Source: the human T2T-CHM13v2.0 reference genome, Homo sapiens. Taken from it: a DNA stretch of 64,000 nt. Position 1 is the first letter of the stretch. Every line of letters starts with the position of its first letter. The DNA lies in the NCBI RefSeq assembly GCF_009914755.1, contig NC_060940.1; one strand, 5' to 3'. A program made the position numbers and the translations under genes. Under the pieces are notes generated by a model. That model was not told the DNA's origin, made no database searches, and saw only the letters and a program-made list of their open reading frames with translations. Below, piece by piece: positions 1-14,849 of this stretch.

Positions 1-491
1 CCACGATGTGGATGAAGTGTAATTTATTTAACTTTTCCACTATTAATGGACATTTATATCCATTTGAATTTTTACCTCCTTCTGTGATTCATAGGCTCCA
101 ATAGCTCCACTAATGTCAAGCTTTACAACGCTGCGGTATAAATGACCACATTTTTCTCTCACTGAATTTGTAAACGTCTTATCAACAACAGCACGGGGGT
201 AGACGTGTGAGTTGGTTGCAGATGCCACGTGTGTGGGCCACGGCCGTTCCTTCTGGAGGCGGATGCTGGCTGCAGTTTGTCTGCAGTGTTTCAGTGGGGA
301 AGAGAAAGCTCCCAGAAGAGGGCCCCTTCTCCATCTCAAACTCCCCCCGTTCCCCGGCCATTCCTCTCCTTCTCAGGCATAGTAAGGAGGCCAGCACAGT
401 TCCTAGGATTCCAGGTCAAAGTGCATCTTGCCTTTTGACCCAAGAACCCTATCCCATTACAAATGGAATCTCAATTAATTTTACACTTGTG

Positions 492-840
<349 letters not shown>

Positions 841-1659
841 CTACTCTGTATGAATTTGTGGTTTCCTGCCCTCTCTAGTTACATGTCTCTGTCAATCCCT
901 GTTTCTATCTGTCTGTTTCCCTTTTCTCTCCTCCACTGCAAGATACAGAATCCCATCCTCTGTAGGCAATCAATATATCCTTATTAATGATTATTAGAAA
1001 CAATGCTGGGACTGAGGAAGTGGTAGATAGCAACTCTGGGAAAATCAGATGAGAATTCATTACTCAACATTTCCCAGGTGCCTCATCCAAGACCTCATGC
1101 CCGAGAGAGCACTCAGTACCATCTTATTGATTCTAAGATGCTGCCCTTATCATGGGACATTTCTAAAACCAGCGTGGGTTCTATGATAAAAGTTTACATT
1201 TAATACAATATTTTTTAAATAACCAAGGGCATTTTATAGTGCTTCTTTATAATGCCTCTTAAATTCCTCTAAGAATGACTCAGTAGACCCTGACCATAGG
1301 AACGGAGTAAAGAATGGCTACAAAGGAAATGTTGAAGGGTACCAAGAAGCCAGCTGTAGGGCTCCCCTCTCTCCAATTCCCTCATGCCCATGATGTCTGA
1401 AAAGTCCACCATTCAGACTCTTTCTGAGGAGCCTAAGATGCCTTGGGCTCCAGAGGTGGTCCCCTGGTCTGGTGAACCTTAGCATTAGCTCCTGCTGGCT
1501 GGAATGATTGATCCAGGGATAGGCACAGCCACTGGGAATCCTTCTTAGAAAGACCTTAGAACAATTAGAAAAGACCCTCCTCCCTTTAGTTGGTAATAAG
1601 CCAATAAAAGATCAGAGACGGTGGGGGTCATCTTTGCCTTCATATGAAAAGACCTCATC

Positions 1660-1940
<281 letters not shown>

Positions 1941-2199
1941 AACAGAAGTCACTGGAGATGAGCCAACCTGGGAAGGTAGAGTCCGAAGACGGAGAGAGGG
2001 AATTCTCAAGGCCCCTGTGGATCACCTGAATCCAGCCCCTCACACCCTGGACCCCTTCTTTCAGATGCCCCAAACATCCTATTGACCCCCTCCCTTAGGG
2101 TATTTTCAAATGTTTTCCTTCATTTCTGGAATGTTCCAGCAATACTAGCTAACATGCCCCACTGTTAGCTAATAATGCCATGAGCCCTGAGCTCAAAGT

Positions 2200-2480
2200 C
2201 CTGAGCTCGAAGATCTAGGGAGGCCTTCCCAACACCATCCCAGGCAGATCCTCCTGCCTGCTGGCCATTCTTAGCACTCTCTGTATCCCTTTCCTATAGC
2301 ATTGTCCCCATTTGTAAGGACACTTGTATGTGTGTATGTGATGGTCTGGTTAATGTCCTTCTTCCCTACTAGACTATAAGCTCCCCAAGGGTAAAGTCTC
2401 TGTCTCTGTTCATCATTCTCTCCCCAGTGCCTCTCAAAGGCCTGGCATTTTGTAGGTAAATATTTGCAAATAAAGGAATC
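2200..2480 (+). mobile_element. L2 3' end
   Basis: ctagactataagctcc...ccccagtgcct...cctggca...gtaggtaaatatttg resembles L2 3' terminus. Confidence 0.7.
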
Positions 2481-2519
2481 AGGGTCTCATTTTGGTTGAG
2501 GTCAACTGATCAAAGCTCA

Positions 2520-2720
2520 GACTCTAACTCAGACTCCTGGTTTCTAAGACTGACTAGCTGAGATCTTGGGAAAGTCACCCACACTTGTGAGCCTCAGTTT
2601 CCTCATCTGTGAAATGGGACTAATAATGGTACATCCCAGGGATGCTGTAAGGATTGAATGAGCTGCTATGTGTAAAGTACTGAGAATGAGACACAGCATA
2701 AAGTCAACATGGAGCAACAG
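2520..2720 (+). mobile_element. MIR
   Basis: core gagcctcagtttcctcatctgtgaaatggg. Confidence 0.85.
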
Positions 2721-3039
2721 TGAGCTGTGCTTCTTATAAGGGCCCCTTTAGCTGTGGCTGCTACTGTTGACAGTGAAAGATCCAACCAACGACTGATGTT
2801 TTACTCTGGGCTTTAGATTTCTCAGGATGGTGTGTTGTCTCTTGTCCCCAAGCCAGGTATTGAAATGTGGGGTGGGGGGAACAAAACAACTGCCAAAACT
2901 CTGGAGGGATGCTGGGTGGTTTTGTCTAGGTTTGGAGCCCTTCACAGCCCAAGAACCCCTGGACCAGCTATGTTCACTGAAACATCACATGGTATCTAGA
3001 GGGTCCTTGAATGGCACACTTGTCACAACTTTTTGTGCT

Positions 3040-3165
3040 CAAAAACAGTCACTGGAGGATCTTTTAAAAGTGCAAATTATAGATCTAGAGTGGGGCTAAT
3101 ATTTTGCATTGCTAACAGGTCCCCAGGAGATGCCTGTGCTGGTCCATGGACCACACTTTGAGTAA
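3040..3165. mobile_element. MER5A (hAT-Charlie) fragment
   Basis: gctggtccatggaccacactttgagta terminus. Confidence 0.75.
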
Positions 3166-3697
3166 CCAGGCAGATGTACACTGAAAAGCAACTCCCATCG
3201 TGCCGAGAAAGCTGGCTGGCTCCAGTGACCTGAACTATTTGAAAGAGTGGGTAACTGAAGAGGAAAGAAAACAGCCTGAAATGGAAATAAATACTGTGTA
3301 CCACAATCTCATTAATGTCTAAAATTAGATTAACATAATTAAAAATTTAAAAGCTAGATTAAAGCATGTCAGCCTGAAATCGAGTGGTGAATTATGCCAC
3401 AGCTATCTTTGCTTTTTCCTTAACGGTTTGTGCTAATGGGTATTTCAAAGACTACTGGGTTACACGTTGTTCTTTGTGATTTTTGATTATCACCAAACAC
3501 ATGCAATTGACCCGATTTCCAAGGAGATGGCTCTCCCAGGACATGGCTACCATGACACTCCAAAAATGTAAAATCATGCTCAACCTTGGGCCCTCTCCTC
3601 TGACTGCCAAGTAGGCTTCTTTGGGGAAAGAAAAGAGGCTTAGTTACTCTCCAGATGGTAGGCATGCACCTTACATGTGTCATGCCAGTCATGGTGA

Positions 3698-4045
<348 letters not shown>

Positions 4046-4900
4046 TAAGTAAAGAAACTGAGGTTCCTAGAGGTACAGTAAGCTGCTTGAGGTCACATAG
4101 CTAATTAGTGGAAGAGAGCTGGGATCCTAACGCAGTTCCGTTTGATTTCAAAGCATCCATATTCTTTTCATGGCCTCTCTGAAGAATAAACCATCACATG
4201 GTTCCATTTAAGGAGTGAATGCATATGCACATGTGTGCAGGCAGAAGAGTGGTGCTGCCAAGAGAAATGGAGACAGAGTAAACATCTAATCATAAAATGT
4301 CTATCTCTTTGTTTCTGCTCAAGTTGTCATACTGAACCCATTACCACTGATATAACTTACTACATATTTGAACATAATTGGACTAAGTGATCTGTTCCCT
4401 CGCCAGATTCACAAAGCACTTATTAGCTCAGGCTTCTGGTCCTGGAGTTATTAAGTCTGTTCTCATCCACCAGGAGATTAGGTTCCTGAGGGTGAATATC
4501 ACCTTGGAGACATTTCAGATTGCCATGACTTTAACCCTAAAATGGGTACGGTCGTCTTTTCCTGGAATAGGTGGACAAAAGAAGGCAAAGTGGGGCGGGG
4601 ACTCCGTGGAGCTAGGCACGGGTCATCATGGCCATGCGTTCATGGGATATGTCCACACCCCCGCCAAGCTTCTCTCTTGAGTCCCCAGACTTGCAGTTTG
4701 GCCAAAACATCTCCCTATAAATCTGATTTCCTTCCAGGAAGTGAGATATTTTGAAAGAGTCTTGGGAGTGAACTTTGCCTAACCTAAGTTACACTGGGAG
4801 GATATTGTTGCAGGTAAAGGCTGCTTGCGAAAGGGCTGTTGCTTTGAACTGCAGACTGCTATCCTCGTTTAGTTATATAAGCCGGAGAGTTATGTCTACT

Positions 4901-5199
<299 letters not shown>

Positions 5200-5334
5200 C
5201 TATGTCTACTACTATTTTTGTTTTAGAAGTATTTACTGAGGACCAAATGGGTGCTGGCTAGTCTTCTGGATGCTGAGACTAGAGCAGTAAACAAAATTTG
5301 GATGCTAGAGGGGAATATATTAAAAATACAGCCA

Positions 5335-5945
5335 AAATGTAAAATGGTTCAGCCTCTGTGGAAAACATATCTGTGGTTTCTTAAAAAGTTAAACCAAATT
5401 ACTATATGACCCAGCAACTCCATTCTTCAAAGTACTGAAAACAGATACTCAAACAAATGGTATACACATGTTCACAGTGGCATTATTCACAATAGCCCAC
5501 AAGGTGGAAAGAATTCAAATGTCCATCAGTAGATGAACAGATGAGCAAAATGCTGTATATCCCTACAATGGAATATTATTTGGCCATGAACAGGAACGGC
5601 ATTCTGACACATGCTACAAGATGCATGAACCTTGAAAACATCATGCTAAGTGAAAGAAGTTGGATGTAAAAGGTCATGTACTATATAATTCCATTTGCAT
5701 GAAAATATTCAGAATAGGTAAATCCGTAGAGTCAGAAAGCAGATTGGTGGTTGCTGGGAGCTGATGGAGGGGGGATGAGGAGAGACCGTGTCATGGGTAT
5801 GGGGTTTTCTTCTGTAATGATGAAAGTGTCTTGTAACTAGATAGCAGTGGTGCGTGTGCAAAATTGTGAATGGACTCAATGCCACTGAATTGTACACTGA
5901 AAATAGTTATTTTTGGTAATATGAATATCACTTCAATTTACAAAA
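5335..5945 (+). mobile_element. L1MB-type 3' end
   Basis: gacccagcaactcca, caaatgtccatcag, gaaccttgaaaacatcatgctaagtgaaagaag, gccactgaattgtacac. Confidence 0.85.
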
Positions 5946-5959
5946 ATGGAGATTAATAA

Positions 5960-6365
5960 GATTATTTCTGATAATAAGAGTTAATAGGAAAATTATAAAG
6001 AGTAATGAGGTGAAGGGTCAACAGGCATTGTTGGTGAAATGGTCAAAGAGGAACTCCACCAGGGGGCGACACTGAGGAGATATTGATGACCCATGAGAGA
6101 AAACCTTGCAAGGACTGGGGCAGAGCTTTGCGGGCAGGAGGAAGAACAAGAACAAAGGTTGGGAGGCAGGCATGTGGTGGGCCAGTTGGATGCCAGCATG
6201 GTGATTAAAGGTGGATGCGACAAGAGCCCATAATGTGAGGTAGACAGGAGCTGGATCCTGGAAACTTCCCTGACAGGTCAGAAACTCGTACAAATATTTG
6301 AACTCAGATATCAGGGGAAGGCACTGGAGAGTTACAACCAGGGAACATATACTGATTTGCATTTT
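5960..6365 (-). mobile_element. L2 fragment
   Basis: degenerate purine-rich antisense L2 pattern ending tgatttgcatttttaaaa. Confidence 0.55.
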
Positions 6366-6380
6366 TAAAAATCGATGTAG

Positions 6381-6699
<319 letters not shown>

Positions 6700-6920
6700 A
6701 ATTGATGTAAAATTCACATAACATAAAATTAACCGTGCTGAAGTAGACAATTCAGTGGGCTTTAGCTCATTCCCAGTGTTGTGCAGCTACCCCCTCTCTT
6801 GTTCCAGGATATTTTCATCAGCCCAAAAGGAGACTCTGTATTCATAGTCAGTCACCTCCCATTCCCTGTGCCCCAACCGACAACTAATCTGCTTTCCTTC
6901 TCTATGGATTTCCATATTTG
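6700..6920 (-). mobile_element. L1M 3' end fragment
   Basis: aattcacataacataaaattaacc...caattcagtgg...actaatctgctttc. Confidence 0.75.
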
Positions 6921-6943
6921 GGGTGCTTTTAAAGTTAATTATT

Positions 6944-7172
6944 TATTTTTGAGACAGGGTCTCATTCCGTTGCCCAGGCTGGAGTGCAGTGGCATGATGT
7001 TGGCTTACTGCAACCTCTGCCTCCCAGCATGCACCACCATGTCTGGTTAATTTTTTTGTAGAGATGGGTTTTGCCATGTTGCCCAGGCTAGTCTTGAACT
7101 CCTGAGCTCAAGTGACCCACCCACCTCGACCTCCCAAAGTGCTGGGATTACAGGCGTGCACCACCAGGCCCA
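6944..7172 (-). mobile_element. AluJ with internal deletion
   Basis: gagacagggtctc; cctgagctcaagtga; right-arm segment after cctctgcctccc missing. Confidence 0.85.
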
Positions 7173-7484
7173 GCTAATTTTGTATGATAATGGAAATTTT
7201 ATTACTCTATAAAACATACCAACAATTGAGCAAAGACTGTCCAAAAAATTGTTCCCATCCCCAGGACTCAAATCTCCCCACTATCTTTCACTTCAAAATC
7301 AGACCACAGCTGTCTTTGTACAATTTTTTTCCAACATTTAGAATTTTACCACATCTAGAAGTTCTCAGGTCAGGTGATTCTTTAAACAATCGTGCATCTA
7401 TCTGCTTGCATTGACATTCCCCCGTCTACTTCTGCAGATGAAGTCTCAACCATTGTCACCTCCTCCCCAGGCAATGGCAGTATG

Positions 7485-7880
7485 TAGGAATGTAAAACGG
7501 AGCAGCCAGTGTGGAAAATAGTTCAGCGGTTTCCCAAAAAGTTAAAGAATGATCACAGAGCCTAGCAATTCTGCTCCCAAGTAGATGCCCAAAGGAATTG
7601 AAAACAAGTGTTCAAACAAATACTCTTACAAAAATGTTCACGACAGCACTAGTTATAAAGGCCAAAAGGTGGAAACAACCCAAATGTCCATCAACAGACG
7701 AATGGATAAAGAAAATATGGTATATCGATACAATGGAATATTATTCCACCATAAAAAGGAACAATAAACTGATACATGCTTCAATGTGGGTGAACCTTGA
7801 CAACAGTCTGCTAATGGAAAGATCTCAGACACAAAGTCATATATGGTATGATGCCATTTATATAAAACATCCAGGCCAGG
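7485..7880 (+). mobile_element. L1MB-type 3' fragment (donor of the 160-bp copy at 11413-11572)
   Basis: aatgtaaaa...gtggaaaatagt...ggaaacaacccaaatgtccatcaac...caatggaatattatt. Confidence 0.85.
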
Positions 7881-8287
7881 CAGACCACTCCATCTCAAAA
7901 AAAAAAAAAGAAAGAATAAAAAAGAAAATTTCCTTGCCAGCTAGCTTGAAAATCTCTCTTGGGGCCCAAATTGGCCTTGTTTAGGAAGACACTTTGATGA
8001 GTATCTGGGAGGAAAATGAAACCCTGAAGTCATCTGTCAATTAAAACCAAAGTCCAGGAAAATCAAGTTTTAAAGGTATTCCAGAATTTCCCATAGTATG
8101 GAGAAAAGAAAGAGACAGGAGGTGAGAGAGGCATCCAGTGACAAAATGTGGCTGCCTGAGGGTCATTAGCTAGTGAAGAATTTCTGGTGAACTTTGTTGA
8201 ATCCTCTGGCTTCAATCCTTTCCCTGTGAGAAGGTGGGGAAACTCAGTCCCAGAGCAGCAAAATGCTTGCAAAAAGAGGATAATGGC

Positions 8288-8616
<329 letters not shown>

Positions 8617-8724
8617 CTACTTTTCTCCTGCTATAGAATGTTTCTGAAGCACTTCTCTAAGGAGAGACAAATGAATGCCCAAGCTATACTCTCTATAAAT
8701 TTACACTTACATGAAAGGAAGAAG

Positions 8725-8876
8725 TCATCCCTTCATTCATCCATCTATCCACCCATCCACCCATCAATCCATTGATATATCAGTTTGTCTGTCCATCCAT
8801 TCATCTTCCTATCCATCTTTCCTTCTATCCATCCATCCATCCGTCCGTCCGACCGTCCGTCCGTCCGTCCGTCCAT

Positions 8877-8912
<36 letters not shown>

Positions 8913-8935
8913 CCAACCATCCATCCATTTCATCA
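8725..8935 (+). repeat. compound (CCAT)n/(CCGT)n tetranucleotide microsatellite
   Basis: directly visible; (CCGT) core about 8840-8873. Confidence 0.95.
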
Positions 8936-9231
8936 ATTAACAAATATTTTAGCACTTAATGAGCTGAAGTCAGGGATTTTCATTGCAGGCCTATAGGCCA
9001 TGACCAAACATTTGAATTTTATTCTAAAAGTAATGAGGTTTTATGTAAGGGTTTTAACCTGGGGCTAGCTTCATCTTATTTAAGTTATAATGATTACTTT
9101 GGAATACGGAAGATGGACTGGAGGGAGCAAAAGCAGAAATTGAAAGATGTATCATCTAAATAACACAGTCCAACAATCCTATTGCCTTCAATCACATGGG
9201 CTTCTGTGCAATTCAACAGGCACCTTTTACA

Positions 9232-9688
9232 ATTTTTTCAATAGATTTTTGGCGAACAGGTAGCGTTTGGTTACACGAATAAATACTTTAGTGGTGATTT
9301 CTGAGATTTTGGTATACCCATTACCCAAGCAGTGTGCACTGTACCCAATGTGTAGCCTTTTATCCGTCACCCCCAACACCCTTTCCCTGAGTCCCCAAAA
9401 TTCATTGTATCATTATTATGCCTTTGCATCCTCATAGCTTAGCTCCCACTTATGAGTGAGAACATACAATGTTTGGTTTTCCATTCCTGAGTTACTTCAC
9501 TTAGAATAATGGTCTCCAATCCCATCCAGGTTGCTGTGAATACCATCATTTCATTCATTTTTACTGCTGAGTAGTATTCCATGGCTTGTATATATATCAC
9601 AATTTCTTTCTATATCACAATTTATTTATCCACTTGTTGATTGATGGGCATTTGGGCTGGTTCCATATTTTTGCAATGGCGAATTGAA
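9232..9688 (-). mobile_element. L1PB-type 3' end
   Basis: tttagtggtgatttctgagattttggt, cccacttatgagtgagaacatac, gagtagtattccatgg. Confidence 0.88.
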
Positions 9689-9689
9689 A

Positions 9690-10260
9690 CAGACACTTAT
9701 TGAGCTGCTACTGAATACCAGGTCCAGTCAATCTGGGTGCAGGGATGACCACTGAATGTTTCCTTCCCTCATTGGAGCTGATACTACAGTGGTGGATGGA
9801 GAGAAGAAAGCTGACAATTGTGACCAGGATGGGACAGCAGATACACAGATGCCAAGACAGTAAGGGTGGAGGCCTTGACAAAGTCTAATAAAGGCAGAGG
9901 TAAGCCCTCCAAGGGGGGCTTCTTGGAGGAATTGGTATTTAAGCTGAGGATATAAGGATGCCTGGGACTTGGCTGGGAAGTGTACTCTTAGCAAAGAAAA
10001 CAGGGTGAGTGAAGGCACAAAGCATGACACTGAAGAGTTTCACGTGGGAAGCCACAAGAGCCCTTCAGGAATGAGGCAGAATACTACATGGGTATGTGCG
10101 TGGAGGGGTTGTGGGCAGGCGTGGTGACAGCTGACAACTGGGGTCACTATGAGTAGAAAATGAGACTCGAGATACCAGTGGAGGCTAAGTCATGACAGAT
10201 CATATGTAGATTACATCCTGATGGTACTGGGGAGGTACTGATTATAAAAAGGAGAGGGTA
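9690..10260 (-). mobile_element. L2 fragments
   Basis: acacttattgagc...tactg, ccctcattggagctg; degenerate antisense L2. Confidence 0.55.
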
Positions 10261-10965
10261 TAAATCCCCCTTCCTTTGCTTCTTTCTGAGTACAGAGCCA
10301 TGGTCTGAGCACATCTGGATGAGAAAGAACGTTTGAAGGCTGAGCCCTTAGGAAGCAAATTCCATATGCCATTTGTTGGTATAAGATGTTTATGTGGGGA
10401 ACATATTTCCAGGTGCAATTATTTCTCTTGCAAAAACATGACCTGTTTCTCCTATTATACTTATCATCTATTTATTTTGAAGAGTGAGAAAACAGACTTA
10501 AAAAATGAACAAAAATTTAAACCTGCAATTTTTTCATCTAGTGATAACTGTTACTATTTTATTGTATGATCTGTCATTTAAAATTACATAATCACAACTT
10601 TTCTATAAATGGGATCATAGCCTGCACACTGCTTTATTAGTTGCTTTTTTAGTTGGAAATACAGCATCAACAGCCTCTGTGTTTTCTTCCAAGGGCTGCC
10701 AAAACAAAGTGAATGGCTTAAAACAATAGACATGTATTATAGGTTTAGAGGCTAGAAGTCCAAAATCAAGGTGCTTGCAGGGCCACCTTCCTTCTAAATC
10801 CCATAGGAGAATCCTTCCTGGCCTCTTTCTGGCTTATGGTGGTCACTGGTAATCTTTGGCGCCCCTTGGCTTACAGTTGCATAACCCCAGTTTCAGCCTT
10901 TGTCACTTGACATTCTCCCTGTGGCTCTCTGTCCTCACATGGTTGTCTTCCCATGGGACACCTTT

Positions 10966-11641
10966 TGTGATGGTTCATGCTGCATATCAACTTGATTAGA
11001 TTGAGGGATACAAAGTATTAACCCTGGGTGTGTCTGTGTGGGTGCTGCCAAAAAAGATTAACATTTGAGTCAAGGGGCTGGGGAAGGCAGACCCACCCTT
11101 AATCTGGTGGGCACCATCTATCAGCTTCCAGGGAATACAAAGTAGGCAGAAAAACTTGAAAAGGAGAGACTGGTCCAGCCTCCCAGCCTACATCTTTCTC
11201 CCGTGCTGGATGCTTCCTGCCATCGAGCATCAGACTCCAAGTTCTTCCGTTTTGGGACTCAGACTGGCTCTCCTTGCTCCTCAGCCTGCAGGCAGCCTAT
11301 TGTGGGACCTTGTGATTGTGCAAGTTAATATTTAATAAACTCCCCTTTATATATATTTATATGTGTATATATATGTGTGTGTATATATGTGTGTGTATGT
11401 ATATATATATCTCAAAAAGTTAAAGAATGATCACAGAGCCTAGCAATTCTGCTCCCAAGTAGATGCCCAAAGGAATTGAAAACAAGTGTTCAAACGAATA
11501 CTCTTACAAAAATGTTCATGACAGCACTAGTTATAAAGGCCAAAAGGTGGAAACAACCCAAATGTCCATCAATTATATATATATATATATATACACACAC
11601 ATATCCTATTAGTTCTGTCCCTCTAAGAGAACCCTAATACA
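10966..11641 (+). mobile_element. MLT2A (MLT2A1-like) ERVL solo LTR
   Basis: TG...CA ends; 5-bp TSD ccttt (10961-65, 11642-46); tcaacttgatt, ggcagacccacccttaatct, cctattagttctgtccctct. Confidence 0.92.
11413..11572 (+). repeat. 160-bp local duplication of 7535-7694 inserted in a (TA)n/(TG)n tract
   Basis: hand alignment 158/160 identical, ungapped, offset 3878 bp. Confidence 0.95.
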
Positions 11642-11759
11642 CCTTTCATATTGGACTAGGGGCCCACCTTACTCCAGAAATATCTCGTCTTCACTAAACA
11701 TCTGCAGCCACCCTATTTCCAAGGAAGGTCACATTTTGAAGTACTAGGGGTTAGGACTT

Positions 11760-12529
<770 letters not shown>

Positions 12530-13004
12530 AGGACATATCTTTTTTTTTTGATGGGGGAGACTCGGTGTAACTCATAACAGCCTCACTTGCCATCTAACAC
12601 TACTTTTACTGGCTACACACTATTACATTTTGTAAATGTACAAATGTCCCTGGGTCCATCTTTGTCACACTGAACAAGCAATCTGCTGCGTGTCCTTGTC
12701 CTGCCGTGTGTGGTGACAGCAGCCATCAGCCTGAGCACTGTGATGCTGGGTACCTTCCAAACTCACCCAATCTTCCGCTCCCTGCTAGTTGCTACTGACA
12801 GAAAAAGACGGTGGACTCAAGTTCTCTGAAAATCCTTTCAAACACAAGGGCAAGAGCAAAAAGGAAAACTTCACATAACCAGAAGAGTCAATGGATCAGA
12901 ATTTCCCCCGGGCATTCTGGTTCATGCAGATTTGACCACATTTTGGAACAAAACCAGTTCTAAGTGGTCTACTCATCAGTTGCTCACCTGAATGCAACAA
13001 TTAC

Positions 13005-13296
13005 TATTATTATTTTTTGAGACAGAGTCTCGCTCTGTCACCAGGCTGGAGTGTAGTGGCACAATCTCAGCTCACTGCAACTTCACCTCCTGGGTTCAAG
13101 CGATTCTCCTGCCTCAGCCTCCCGAGCAGCTGGGATTATAGGCACACGCCATTAGGCCCAGCTAATTTTTGTATGTTTAGTAGAGACGGGGTTTCACTAT
13201 GTTGGCCAGGATGGTCTTGATCTCCTGGCCTTGTAATCTGCCCGCCTTGGCCTCCCAAAGCGCTGGGATTATAGGCATGAGCCACCGCACCCGGCC
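13005..13296 (-). mobile_element. AluSc-like
   Basis: ctgtcaccaggctgg; ccaggatggtcttgatctcc. Confidence 0.9.
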
Positions 13297-13977
13297 ATAA
13301 CAATTATTTTATTCAACCTGCCTTATGAATGTAGGCAAAAAGCATCCAACTCCAGTTTCCCAGGATATCACTCATTATCCCAAAAGATGTGGCAGCAGCC
13401 TAGAAAGCAAGTCTGTTTTAAACCATAAAACCTCCCCTTTGTGAGCAGGAGACCTTCCGCACCACGTCTTCACACACACATGGAGCAACAGTACTTTGTG
13501 TTGCCTGTTGCGGCTGTAAAGAGGTTTTCATGCACACTGGCCCATTTGATTATCTAAGCAGTCCAGCTGGAAGGTCAGGACCATTCATACCTGAGGCTTT
13601 GGAACATCCTGACTTGCCCAAACCTGCTCAGCTTATAACCGCCACCACCACAAATCAGGAATTCAGCCATGTGTGGATAGACAGTCTTATTCAATCTTCC
13701 CCAAAACATAAGAAAGTGCTGTGTTCTTTTCCCTTCTAGAGAAAAATAAACTAACCCTTAGGAAACACGCTACCTGACCCATGCTCAGACAGTTAGACAG
13801 TACTGGAACTGGGTCTTGAACCCACACTGCCTCCCTCCCCAGGCCATGTTTGTAACCACAAAGCTAACTTGTGCTGGGCTAAGACAGACTTTTAACTCCT
13901 TGAATCTTGACTCTTTTTGCCGCATGACCTGGTTTGGTTCAACAATGGCAATTTATCTCTATTTAAAAGCAGATGTT

Positions 13978-14270
13978 GGGACGGGCATGGTGGCTCACGT
14001 CTGTAATCCCAGCACTTTGGGAGGCTGAGGAAGGTGGGTCACCTGAGGTTAGGGGTTTGAGACCAGCCTGACCAACATGGGGAAACCCCGTCTCCACTAA
14101 AAATACAAGAATTAGATGGGCGTGGTGGCGGGCACCTGTAATCCCAGCTACTCGGGAGGCTGAGGCAGGAGAATAGCTTGAACTCAGTGGGAGGAGGTTG
14201 CAGTGAGCCAAGATCATGCCGGTACACTCCAGCCTGGTTGACAGAACAAAACTCCTTCTCAAAAAAAAAA
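13978..14270 (+). mobile_element. AluS
   Basis: full dimer with poly(A). Confidence 0.92.
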
Positions 14271-14283
14271 AGGAATGGATGCT

Positions 14284-14588
14284 GGCTGGGTACACTGGCT
14301 CACACCTGTAATCCCAGCACTTTGGGAGGCCAAGGCGGGCGGATCACTTGAGGTCAGGAGATTGAGACCATCCTGGCTAACAAAGCGAAACCCTGTCTCC
14401 ACTAAAAATACAAAAAATTACCCAGGCGTGGTGGCACACGCCTGCAGTCCTAGCTACTCAGGAGCTACTGAAGCAGGAGAATCACTCGAACCTGGGAGGC
14501 GGAGGTTGCAGTGAGCCAGATGGCCCCACTGCACTCCAGTCTGGGTGACAGACGTAGACTCTGTCAAAAACAGAACAAAACAACAAAA
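14284..14588 (+). mobile_element. AluS, head-to-tail with the previous Alu
   Basis: full dimer 13 bp after the previous tail. Confidence 0.92.
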
Positions 14589-14849
14589 ATGATCTTTTAA
14601 AGTTACTTACTATCTAGGATACCTGCTAGGCTGTAGGCTCCGTCTGGAAGTGTGTGACAACTTAGGTCCTTGATAAGTATTTGCCAAGAAGGAGAAGGGA
14701 TGGGTAGATGGGCTGGGCTGTCTGCAAAGTTGAAGCTCACCAGACCCCAGCTTCCTTCCTTCTGGGATGCATGAAACAGAGAAGTGTCAAAATGTCCAGC
14801 AAGGTAAATGACTTCCTGCTCCAAAGCATGGAAGGCTCATTTTCACCCC

